A stretch of DNA of 64,000 nucleotides from an uncultured Paraglaciecola sp. GTDB lineage: Bacteria; Pseudomonadota; Gammaproteobacteria; Enterobacterales; Alteromonadaceae. This document shows positions 11,456 to 20,107 of this stretch, piece after piece (position 1 is the first letter of the stretch; every line of letters begins with the position of its first letter). The notes beneath the pieces were generated by a model. That model ran no database searches, was not told the origin of the DNA, and was given only the letters and a program-made list of their open reading frames with translations. Both the position numbers and the translations under genes were made by a program. Location of the stretch: contig NZ_CALSOK010000012.1 in the NCBI RefSeq assembly GCF_943787955.1, positions 2,619 through 66,618 on the forward strand, written 5' to 3'.

Positions 11456-11716
11456 TTGATATTTAATAGACTGTGAGCCCACAACTTACGACAAAGAAAA
11501 AGTGGTTAATAGAAACTAGTCACGATACCCAATATGTTTAGGCTGTTCTGATCATTCTGTGGATTTCTTGGTATAGAGCATCACCGCAATATGTTGAATG
11601 ACGCCTATAAACGATAAACAGTCCTACTATAAACATATGCCAGCAGTCCGCATCACGGCAAAAAGGGCCGTACGCGGTTGAAAATTTTGGGATGATTTTA
11701 TCTCATAAATATAAAA

Positions 11717-11871
11717 TTAGGCGAGGAACGGTCATTCGAGTAGTCGAAACCAGGTGTCTGCTTAGCCCAAGAAAGCGGACGTAGCTATTTATGGTGTTTT
11801 AGTCCCTTTGGAGCGAATAGCGGATCTTCAGCTTTATTGCTTTGATGGACGGATTCACGCGCAAAACGGTC
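11717..11871. repeat. Array A of degenerate 24-25 bp palindromes, about 46-bp period
   Basis: GTCTGCTTAGCCCAAGAAAGCGGAC (11756-11780), GTCCCTTTGGAGCGAATAGCGGATC (11802-11826), GACGGATTCACGCGCAAAACGGTC (11848-11871), and a half element ending at 11733. Confidence 0.7.
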
Positions 11872-12001
11872 ATCGAACTCGCTCATAACTATATCTCAAT
11901 ATGGCACATGGCGCATTACAGAACATCCCTATTTAACTTTAAATTAGTGGCCATATTCACCAAGCCACTAGTGTATATAATATTGACATATGGGTGAATT
12001 T

Positions 12002-13036
12002 TTAGCGTGATTTTTTATGTATTGAAAGTATATCTTCAATAACAGCGTATCCTGTTTCCAAGCGCCCAGCACCTGGACCAATTAAGGTAATATCACCTAG
12101 TAATTCTGTTGAATAAGTAATAGCATTTGTCGCGCCTTTAATTGATGCGAATGGATGTTCACTCGATACCATCTCAGGTTTAACTGATGCTAAGAACCCA
12201 TAGTTATGCTTTTCAATTGTTCCAATTAATTTCCAATGCTTCTTTAAAGAAGTGGCGTTAAAAATATCATTCTTTGTGATATGGCAAATGCCTTGACGCT
12301 CTATATCATCTAATGTAAGCGATAAATCCATTAAAAGATTCCCCAGAATAACTACTTTTGCAGCGGCATCATAACCCTCAACATCCCCTGTAGGATCTGC
12401 TTCAGCATAACCAAGTTCTTGTGCTTGTTTGAGTGCATTTTCATACCCTGCTCCTGAAGACATCTCATCTAATATATAATTTGTCGTGCCATTAAGAATC
12501 CCTTGGATTTTTGTTATTCCGGCAGCTAACACCATCTCATTACCTAAGTTTATTGCAGGAGTTCCGCTCATTACAGTGCCTTCAATGCCAATTTGAACAT
12601 TATTGCTTAATGCTATTTTACGAAGTTCAGGAAAATGTAAAGCCACCGGTCCTTTATTAGTCATAGAAACATGCATACCATTATTTAATGCCTGTTTAAT
12701 ATGACTTACTGCGGGTTCACCTGTTTGTAGATCAGTAAAAGCAAGCTCTACTAAAATATCAGCTCCACTTTTATCAATCGTTTCAGTCGCATTCCAGCCA
12801 GTGATGGGAGCCGAAGTACTTTTTAGATCTCCATGCTTTTCTAGATCAGATAATAATACTTCAGGGTCCAAACCCTTAGGGTTATAAAGACTTCCTTTAT
12901 ACAAGTCACATATCGCTACGATGCTTAAATGAATACCAAACTTTTCTATTAACAGTTGTTTTTTATCACTAATAATTTTAGTTAGGCCTTGACCAACATT
13001 CCCAAAACCGATTATTGCTAATGTGTATGTTTTCAT
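12002..13036 (-). CDS. Homoserine dehydrogenase (short form, no ACT domain)
   Basis: IIGFGNVG Rossmann motif, MTNKGP, GILNGTTNYIL, GYAEADPTGDVEGYD and GPGAGRLETG. Confidence 0.92.
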   Translation of the reverse strand: MKTYTLAIIGFGNVGQGLTKIISDKKQLLIEKFGIHLSIVAICDLYKGSLYNPKGLDPEVLLSDLEKHGDLKSTSAPITGWNATETIDKSGADILVELAFTDLQTGEPAVSHIKQALNNGMHVSMTNKGPVALHFPELRKIALSNNVQIGIEGTVMSGTPAINLGNEMVLAAGITKIQGILNGTTNYILDEMSSGAGYENALKQAQELGYAEADPTGDVEGYDAAAKVVILGNLLMDLSLTLDDIERQGICHITKNDIFNATSLKKHWKLIGTIEKHNYGFLASVKPEMVSSEHPFASIKGATNAITYSTELLGDITLIGPGAGRLETGYAVIEDILSIHKKSR

Positions 13037-13088
13037 TATGTTCTTCCTAAGTTAACTCTTTAAAATGTTGAATGATTGTTCGATGGCG

Positions 13089-14525
13089 TTACTTTCGTAA
13101 ATTAAAACAATAAGTTTTTATGTCGGTCATTTCTTTAACAGCATTCATAACACCTTCTCGGCCAACACCTGATCCTTTGACTCCACCAAATGGCATTGCA
13201 TCAATGCGATAATCACTGCTGTCATTTATCATGACGCCACCACAATCCATTGAATCTGCAAGTTCAAACGCTAACTCAAGATCATTGGTAAATATTCCAG
13301 CTTGTAAGCCAAATTCAACATCATTTGCTTGAGCTATTGCCTCTTTTTTATCAGAAAATCGATACAACACAGTGATAGGTCCAAACACTTCTTCTTTGGC
13401 AATTAAGCAGTCACTGCTTACATTTGCAAAAACAGTAGGTTGAAAAAAATTTCCCTGTCTTTTCCCACCACACAGTAATGTGGAATTTTTCTCTAGGGCA
13501 TCTTTTACCATCGCTTCAACTTTAAGAGCAGCACGATTATTAATCATTGGACCCATCTGCGAAGATTCAGATAGTTTGTCGCCCATAGATATTTTGCTTG
13601 CACGCAAACAAAACTCTGAGGAAAACTGATCATATAGTTCATCTTGAATATAAATTCTTTGAACATGTAAACAGTTTTGGCCTGCTGCCCAGAAAGCACC
13701 ACTGACACATGCTTCCATTGCCATCTCAATATTTGCATCATTCATGACTATTACTGGACAGTTACTGCCAAGCTCCATTGATACTTTCTTTAAACCTACG
13801 TGACTTAGAATTCTTTCTCCGACACATTTTCCTCCAGTAAATGAAACCATATTAATGCGAGGATCTGATACGATCTTATCGCCTATATCTATTCCATATC
13901 CTGTAACCAAATTTAAGATACCTTTAGGTAAATTTGTTTTATTAAATAGCTCTACAAGCAGTTTTGCGACAAGAGGCGTCTCATGGTGAGGCAGGAGGAT
14001 TATTGAATTTCCTGCTGCTATAGCGGGACCAATTTTATGAGCGACTAAATTTAAAGGGTCATTGAAGGGAGTAATAGCTGCAACAACGCCAATAGGTATC
14101 CGACGATAATACCCAAACCTATTTTCAGAGCCGGGAGCTTGATCAAAAGCAATAGTTTCTCCCGTTAAACGCCTCGCTTCTTCCGCGCTTATTCGTATGG
14201 TTTCCACACATCTAGAAACTTCTTTACGCGCTTCATTAATGGTTTTAATACCTTCACGAGCAATCATTTGAGCGAAGAATTCTTTTTGATTTCTTAAATT
14301 ATCAGCAACGTCATTAAGTACAGACATTCGTAAATGTGAAGACAGTTTTTTAGCTTTTTGGGCGCCTATCACTGCGGTCTCAATAATAGCGTCCACTTCA
14401 CTTAAAGAGTTGTTCACAACTGTTCCGACTAAACTGCCGTCTTCAGGGTTGAATACTTGTATCTGTGGTTGTGAGCTTTTTACATCTATAGCAGCGGAAG
14501 CAGACAAATTTTGTATTGCAGACAT
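13089..14525 (-). CDS. NAD(P)-dependent aldehyde dehydrogenase
   Basis: ITPFNDP, SFTGG, catalytic Glu (MELGSN) and Cys (GQNCLHVQR), EEVFGP, and MPFGGVKGSG. Confidence 0.93.
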   Translation of the reverse strand: MSAIQNLSASAAIDVKSSQPQIQVFNPEDGSLVGTVVNNSLSEVDAIIETAVIGAQKAKKLSSHLRMSVLNDVADNLRNQKEFFAQMIAREGIKTINEARKEVSRCVETIRISAEEARRLTGETIAFDQAPGSENRFGYYRRIPIGVVAAITPFNDPLNLVAHKIGPAIAAGNSIILLPHHETPLVAKLLVELFNKTNLPKGILNLVTGYGIDIGDKIVSDPRINMVSFTGGKCVGERILSHVGLKKVSMELGSNCPVIVMNDANIEMAMEACVSGAFWAAGQNCLHVQRIYIQDELYDQFSSEFCLRASKISMGDKLSESSQMGPMINNRAALKVEAMVKDALEKNSTLLCGGKRQGNFFQPTVFANVSSDCLIAKEEVFGPITVLYRFSDKKEAIAQANDVEFGLQAGIFTNDLELAFELADSMDCGGVMINDSSDYRIDAMPFGGVKGSGVGREGVMNAVKEMTDIKTYCFNLRK

Positions 14526-14683
14526 GGTGATATTCCTTTGTTATCTCTTTAGTGAATTATGGATAGTCTACCTAGCAGTAACGGTATACATCAGTCCTTA
14601 TATAAAGATAAGTGATTATTAATTCATTGTTTTTGTAAAATATTGATAGAATCACATCAGTAATTGCGAGGGAGTATTGAGTT

Positions 14684-15157
14684 GTGAAATTAAGTAAGCA
14701 AGATCTAAAAATATTGGAATTATTACAAATAGATGTAAAAACTTCTGTTGAGCGCCTTTCCGAAGAAGTAGGGTTATCGGCTGCAAGTATACAGCGACAC
14801 TTAAAGCGCTTAAGAGATAATAAAGTTATCGCTCAGGAAGTAGCAATAATATCGCCTGACTCTGTAAATCAATCAATGACCTTTATCATATCTGTACAAC
14901 TAAATAGAAGTTATAACGATTGTTTTAATTATTTTAAAAACAAAGTAAAAAATAATAATAATATCCAGCAGTGTTACTACATAACGGGTGAGGCGGATTT
15001 CGTTCTGGTAGTGACAGCAAAAGATATGGAAAATTTTGAAGAGTTTACTCAATTATTTTTTTTTAGTGACATTGCTGTGCTTCACTTCAAAACATCTGTT
15101 GTTATGGGCAGAACAAAAGTTAGTTTAGCATTACCCCTGAATTGTGTAGATATATGA
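14684..15157 (+). CDS. Lrp/AsnC-family transcriptional regulator, divergent from the ALDH-hom operon
   Basis: N-terminal HTH (LSEEVGLSAASIQRHLKRL) and C-terminal QCYYITGEADFVL. Confidence 0.9.
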   Translation: MKLSKQDLKILELLQIDVKTSVERLSEEVGLSAASIQRHLKRLRDNKVIAQEVAIISPDSVNQSMTFIISVQLNRSYNDCFNYFKNKVKNNNNIQQCYYITGEADFVLVVTAKDMENFEEFTQLFFFSDIAVLHFKTSVVMGRTKVSLALPLNCVDI

Positions 15158-15391
15158 AGCATGTTTCTAACATCATGATAATAAAAAGAATATAGTTTCT
15201 TCTGGTGAGATTATGACAGACACAGATCTTGCTGCGAGTTGGTCTGCACTGATGTGACGGTCGCCTTATAAACCCAAGTTTGGAGTTTGTATAACAAAGG
15301 GCGTTAGCGAGTTAGTTTTCTAAGACGTAAAGGAGGTGATAGCACCTTAGGACTAATGCTCTAATTCATCAGGATTTTTAAAAAGGCCAAT

Positions 15392-15558
15392 GACCGCTCT
15401 GGTGGCTAACTTGCCGTAAAAAAATCAGAAAACATGGATTTTGTATGCCCGCTTATGGCACAAACTTCCCCATCAGGGTAAACGCTCGACCGTCTGCTAT
15501 TAGGCTCACAGCGGCCTGATTCAATTCCCAAATGACTGCTTAGCCTAAGTAAACGGAC
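15392..15558. repeat. Array B of degenerate 24-25 bp palindromes (four elements)
   Basis: GACCGCTCTGGTGGCTAACTTGCC (15392), GCCCGCTTATGGCACAAACTTCCC (15447), GTCTGCTATTAGGCTCACAGCGGCC (15492) and GACTGCTTAGCCTAAGTAAACGGAC (15534). The last matches the 11756 element at 21/25 positions. Confidence 0.7.
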
Positions 15559-15603
15559 TGTGGTGAAATACAATTTTTTGGTAATCTATCGCAGTAATAT
15601 GGA

Positions 15604-15675
15604 CATTAACGCTGCGCTCACCGGCAAGCTTTAAGCGCAGCGAGGAGCTTGTCCGAGTGAAGCGCCTTGTTAAAT
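15604..15675 (-). other. Integron attC site (72 bp)
   Basis: The minus strand reads ATTTAAC (R'', RYYYAAC)-AAGGCGCTTCACTCGGACAAGC...GCTTGCCGGTGAGCGCAGC-GTTAATG (R'). This is an imperfect palindrome with bulges. R'' is the exact complement of GTTAAAT at the cassette start. Confidence 0.88.
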
Positions 15676-16298
15676 TTTCCATGACCCTTTATAAACTCAT
15701 ACATGACAATCTCTTCGGCTAAATATTGTCGAAGTTGTTTTTCGAGTTCATGGTCTAAAGAAGTAGAAAACTTAGGTGATATATTTTCATGTGGTATCTC
15801 GATTTCTCGCCCTATTTTTTTAGATAGAAAGTCAGCGACTAAGTCTAGCCTATTCATTGGCATTATATGATCTACGCCAATCTCACCATTAGTCATAGTT
15901 AGGAAGTCGTATTGACTTGCCAAATTTGCAAATGGCTTCCTTTTTCCTTCAGAAATATATTCTTTGATATATTCATTGTAACTCATGCCACCGGTGTAAT
16001 TTCGATGATTTGGATGATTCGGGTTTTTAATTTCATCTCTAGTTTTATAGCGATACCTGCTTTCCATCCTTTCTAAAGGATCTCTTATCAAACTGAAAGA
16101 TTCTATCTCTACATTTGGAAGCAGTTTCTTGTGCGCAGAAAATATTGTTTCAGAGAATAATTGAGCATTAATGTGTTTTAATTTGGGATGTCCCGAAAAA
16201 TTTATATTGCAAAATGGTTGTATAGCCTTTTCAATAGATGTTGATGCACACTTCGGCATGCACAAAAAAGCAATACCATACTTAGTAGACATCTGCAT
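15618..16298 (-). CDS. Integron gene cassette ORF: sulfotransferase family 2-like protein
   Basis: PKCASTS (5'-PAPS-binding-like) and IRDPLERMESRY (3'-PB-like) motifs. The ORF starts 16 bp after the attI crossover and its last codons run through attC. Confidence 0.65.
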   Translation of the reverse strand: MQMSTKYGIAFLCMPKCASTSIEKAIQPFCNINFSGHPKLKHINAQLFSETIFSAHKKLLPNVEIESFSLIRDPLERMESRYRYKTRDEIKNPNHPNHRNYTGGMSYNEYIKEYISEGKRKPFANLASQYDFLTMTNGEIGVDHIMPMNRLDLVADFLSKKIGREIEIPHENISPKFSTSLDHELEKQLRQYLAEEIVMYEFIKGHGKFNKALHSDKLLAALKACR

Positions 16299-16313
16299 AA
16301 CACGTATCCTGTA

Positions 16314-16345
16314 ATTTAACGCTTATTATCGAGCATGTCGTATAT
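16314..16345 (-). other. Integron attI site
   Basis: The minus strand reads ...CATGCTCGATAATAAGC-GTTAAAT, giving a GTTRRRY core at 16320-16314. It lies between the divergent intI and the first cassette. Confidence 0.75.
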
Positions 16346-16626
16346 GTAACTTCTCGATTTGATTTTTATTTTCGTCAATTTCAGTACTTACCTATTAATT
16401 TTTATGTGATATTTTTCACTTTCATGCCAGCAAGACCGCAAAGAATTGAAAAGCAAAAGGAGACCTGACTTTAACGCGACTTTTCTGCTTCCTATTAAAA
16501 ACTATGTGAATAATATTTTCCATAATTAAATGAATAACTTAGCGTATTTTTGAAAAACAAAACGAGACCTAAGGAATTTACATAATAGGAAGCAATCTTG
16601 GCATTATTTTAAAATATGCATTATAT

Positions 16627-16643
16627 CTGTATATAAAAAACAG
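16627..16643. promoter_or_regulatory. LexA (SOS) box of intI, one base too long
   Basis: CTGTATATAAAAAACAG is CTG-N11-CAG, against the CTG-N10-CAG consensus. It lies 23 bp upstream of the intI ATG. Confidence 0.7.
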
Positions 16644-17536
16644 TATGATTTGCAGAGGGTAATATTATGTCAAAGTCACCTTTTATAGAATATGTTCGAA
16701 CTATTTTGCGAACCAAAAGGTATAGCATAAAAACTGAAAAGGCCTACCTTCATTGGATTAGGCGATTTATTTATTTCAACGGCAAGCGTCACCCTAAAGA
16801 TATCGGTGAACTAGAGGTTGAACAGTTTTTATCACATCTTGCCATAGCGCTAAAAGTCTCGCCAACGACTCAAAATCAAGCCTTGTGCGCCATCATTTTT
16901 ATGTATCGTCATGTGCTTAATATGGACTTGACTAATATGTCCTTTAAATTTGCTAAGACGCCTGTCCGTGTACCTGAAGTATTAAGTCATAATGATGCGA
17001 TTGCTGTAATCGATAAATTACGAGGGGTTCATCATACTATTGGGACATTAATGTATGGCGCGGGATTTCGTATATCTGAGGTGCTGAAGCTGCGCGTAAA
17101 GGATTTTGATTTTGAACGAAATACTATTTTTATTTTTCATTCAAAAGGCCAAAAAGACCGTGTAACCATGTTTCCAGAATTGACTAAGACCGAGATTACT
17201 AAACAAATTCAAAAAGTGGAGTGTATTCACCAAAAGGACATTGATGAAGAGTATGGACTGTCATCACTACCACCTGCTCTAATTCGTAAATATGGGAAAG
17301 CCGCTACTAACTTATCTTGGCAATATATATTTCCTTCAACTACACGATGTGTCCCCCTTACGATGGCTATGTATGCCGGCATCACCTTCACCAAACTGGG
17401 TTTCGAAAGGCCTTAAAGAAAGCAGTGCAAGAAGCAGGCATTTTAAAACGGGTTACATCACATACCTTTCGTAAGCGTCCGGTGATCCACGCCTAGCAGT
17501 CATCCATTATTCATTCGAAAATACTTCCTCACTGTA

Positions 17537-17845
17537 ATGGGAGGTATTATGAAGCATAAAACACTAGATGAATGGCAGAAATTGATAAGCCAACAACAAA
17601 CGAGTGGGTTAGCCATTGTTGATTTCTGTAAAGAGCACAGAGTTAGCACATCAAGTTTTTATAAATTTCGTGGGCGATTACAACAGCAAGTTAACCCGCC
17701 TCGTTTTGTAAAAGCTAGCAAGTCTGCTATCGACGCGACTATTCAACCATCAGTATCTGTCAGATTGGGCGAGGTTTCGTTATCTTTTTCGACGTCTTGC
17801 GAGCCTGTTTGGTTGGCAAGTTTCGTTAAGGCACTGCAATCATGA
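17537..17845 (+). CDS. tnpA: IS66 accessory protein TnpA
   Basis: WQKLISQQQTSGLAIVDFC...SSFYKFR HTH; first ORF of the IS. Confidence 0.88.
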   Translation: MGGIMKHKTLDEWQKLISQQQTSGLAIVDFCKEHRVSTSSFYKFRGRLQQQVNPPRFVKASKSAIDATIQPSVSVRLGEVSLSFSTSCEPVWLASFVKALQS

Positions 17846-18192
17846 GAATGTTCGTTGAGCCAGATGACATTTATTTGCACCTTGAGCATGTTGATTTTAG
17901 AAAGTCGATTAATGGCTTGCTGGCGATTATCGAAAGTGAATTAACATTAAACGCATTCTCCGGTGCATTATTTATCTTCTGTAACAAAAAACAAGACAAA
18001 CTCAAACTCTTATACTGGGATAAAACCGGGTTTGCATTATGGTACAAACGGTTGGAGAAACAACGCTTCAAATGGCCTAAGTGTGGCCAACTCAAACACA
18101 CTAATTTGAGTGAGCAGCAGTTAACATGGTTGCTCGGTGGCTATGATGTCGTTGGACATCGCAGCTTGGATTACACGGCCTCTGGGTTATAA
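17842..18192 (+). CDS. tnpB: IS66 accessory protein TnpB
   Basis: VDFRKSINGL, KLLYWDKTGFALWYKRLEK. Confidence 0.93.
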   Translation: MRMFVEPDDIYLHLEHVDFRKSINGLLAIIESELTLNAFSGALFIFCNKKQDKLKLLYWDKTGFALWYKRLEKQRFKWPKCGQLKHTNLSEQQLTWLLGGYDVVGHRSLDYTASGL

Positions 18193-18269
18193 CGTACGAT
18201 CATAAGTAGCATTTAACGATCACGTTTTAATCTAATTGAAAACAGTCACTTAGGGTTATAATAAGTGAC

Positions 18270-19766
18270 ATGAATAAAGCCCAACTACGCCAACAAATAG
18301 CCGAGCTTAGCAAGCAAGTTGAACGATTAGAAAGTCGCAATCAGTTTCTTGAAGAGCAGTTTCGTCTTGCCCAACAAAAACAATTTGGGGCGAGTAGCGA
18401 AGGTCACCCTGGTCAAGGTGAATTGTTTAATGAAGCAGAAGAGCTGGTTGCTGAAACACCTGTCGAAAAAGAAGACATCAGCTACACACGCAATAAACCT
18501 AAGCGTAAACCATTACCAAAAACATTACCTCGTGAAGTGGTTATCCATGATATTGCACAGGAAGATAAAGTCTGTGCTTGCTGTAACAATGAATTGCACA
18601 AGATAGGTGAAGACAAGACTGAAAAGCTTGAATTCATCCCTGCTCAAGTTAAAGTGATAGAGCATGTTCGTCCTAAGTATGCGTGTCGTGTATGTGAAAA
18701 GGACGGCATTAGCAATCACATCAAACAAGCACCGGTGCCACCTTCAGTTATCCCTAAAGGTTATGCGACACCAAGCTTACTTAGTCAGGTAATCACCAGT
18801 AAATATCAATTTGGGTTGCCACTGTATCGTCAAGAAGCGATGTTCAAACAATACGGTATTGAACTGAGCCGCAAAACTATGGCCGATTGGATGTTGAGGT
18901 GCGCTGACTTGCTCACACCGCTATATGACCATTTACACGAATTGATACTTAAGCAAGGCGTCATTGCCGCTGATGAAACCACCTTAAAAGTCGTCAGCGA
19001 AGATAAAGCGAAATGCTATATGTGGGTGTATACCTCAGGCGCCGACTCACCTGAAGGGAAATTACCCAATACTGACATCCCAAATATCGTGCTGTACGAC
19101 TATCAATCGAGTCGCGCGGGTCAATGTGCCGTGGATTATTTACAGGGTTACAACGGGTATCTACAAGTGGATGGCTATGCGGGTTACCACAAAACCCAAG
19201 CGACACTCGCAGGCTGTTGGGCCCATGCGAGACGTAAATTCGTTGAAGCCAAAACCGCACAGGGCAAAAAATCTAGCGGCAGAGCCGATTGGGCACTTAA
19301 CCATATTCAAAAGCTGTATCGTATTGAAACGCAAATAAAAGCGAGTGCACCTGATAACAGGCGGAAAGTAAGGCAGGAAAAGAGCACTATATTGCTCAAA
19401 CAGTTCGAAGCGTGGCTGATAAAATCAGAGTCGCAGGTATTGGCAAAAAGCAAATTAGGCGAAGCCATCACCTACTGCTTAAATCAGTGGAGTAAACTCA
19501 ACACTTACACCCAATATGGTCACCTGAACATCGATAATAACCGCGCTGAGCGCGCGATAAAACCCTTCGTCATAGGCAGAAAGAACTGGTTGTTTAGTCA
19601 AACGGCCAAAGGCGCTAAGGCCAGTGCCATACTGTACAGCATTATAGAAACTGCAAAGGCAAACGGACTAACGCCGTTCGACTATATGATGCATTTACTT
19701 GAACAAGTCTCGGTTCAAAACACCGATATCGAGCCACTGCTACCATGGCGATTTGCTAAAGACTAG
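18270..19766 (+). CDS. tnpC: IS66 DDE transposase TnpC
   Basis: Zn finger CACC...[47 protein letters not shown]. Confidence 0.96.
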   Translation: MNKAQLRQQIAELSKQVERLESRNQFLEEQFRLAQQKQFGASSEGHPGQGELFNEAEELVAETPVEKEDISYTRNKPKRKPLPKTLPREVVIHDIAQEDKVCACCNNELHKIGEDKTEKLEFIPAQVKVIEHVRPKYACRVCEKDGISNHIKQAPVPPSVIPKGYATPSLLSQVITSKYQFGLPLYRQEAMFKQYGIELSRKTMADWMLRCADLLTPLYDHLHELILKQGVIAADETTLKVVSEDKAKCYMWVYTSGADSPEGKLPNTDIPNIVLYDYQSSRAGQCAVDYLQGYNGYLQVDGYAGYHKTQATLAGCWAHARRKFVEAKTAQGKKSSGRADWALNHIQKLYRIETQIKASAPDNRRKVRQEKSTILLKQFEAWLIKSESQVLAKSKLGEAITYCLNQWSKLNTYTQYGHLNIDNNRAERAIKPFVIGRKNWLFSQTAKGAKASAILYSIIETAKANGLTPFDYMMHLLEQVSVQNTDIEPLLPWRFAKD

Positions 19767-19990
19767 GTGGGATTGCCGGACGCTTACTACCTTTCGGCAT
19801 AGTTTCGCAACAAGATTGCTTGAAACAGGACATGACATCAGAGTCGTGCAAGAATTACTGGGGCATGATGATGTAAAAACCACGCAAATTTACACCCACG
19901 TTTTAGGTAAGCATAAATCTGGAGCAATAAGTCCGACGGATGTGAGATGAAAGACTTAAAATATTAGCACACCTATTAGCCAGACTCTTA

Positions 19991-20021
19991 GACCGCCTGA
20001 TTTTAGGCTCACAGCGGCCTG
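19991..20021 (+). repeat. 31-bp direct repeat of 15488-15518 containing one palindrome
   Basis: GACCGCCTGATTTTAGGCTCACAGCGGCCTG versus GACCGTCTGCTATTAGGCTCACAGCGGCCTG, 28/31 identical. Confidence 0.85.
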
Positions 20022-20107
20022 TCAGAGAACTTCTTTCTCAACGAATGCAGCACATTCGAGCCAGTCAGTTCTTGCTCATTAACTCAATAACAACTCTCTT
20101 TTTTCAC

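Larger units (their letters stand above)
17471..19787 (+). mobile_element. IS66-family insertion sequence, copy 1 (2,317 bp)
   Basis: Terminal inverted repeats GTAAGCGTCCGG...; 8-bp TSD TACCTTTC (17463-17470 and 19788-19795); tnpA/tnpB/tnpC ORFs. Confidence 0.97.
16667..19950 (+). pseudogene. intI: Integron integrase, inactivated by a -1 frameshift near 17352-17357 and an IS66 insertion
   Basis: Contains MYGAGFRISE, the IntI-specific insert (LPPALIRKYGKAATNLSWQYIFPS), HTF|[26 protein letters not shown]. Removing the IS and one TSD leaves 959 bp, so adding one base gives a 319-aa ORF. Confidence 0.93.

Noticed and set aside
11560-11710. Possible gene relic on + (GFLGIEHHRNMLNDAYK/DKQSYYKHMPAVRITAKRAVRG*KFWDDFIS)
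   Set aside because: It looks protein-like, but needs a frameshift and a stop read-through, and I cannot assign a family without a search.
11717-11871. CRISPR array interpretation of the periodic palindromes (also 15392-15558)
   Set aside because: The repeats are far from identical, the intervening DNA is only about 20 bp, and there is no leader or cas gene.
15290-15309. TATAACAAAGGGCGTTAGCG as a second attC
   Set aside because: It has attC-like ends but only 7 bp between them, no L boxes, and the wrong orientation for the array. At most a collapsed relic.
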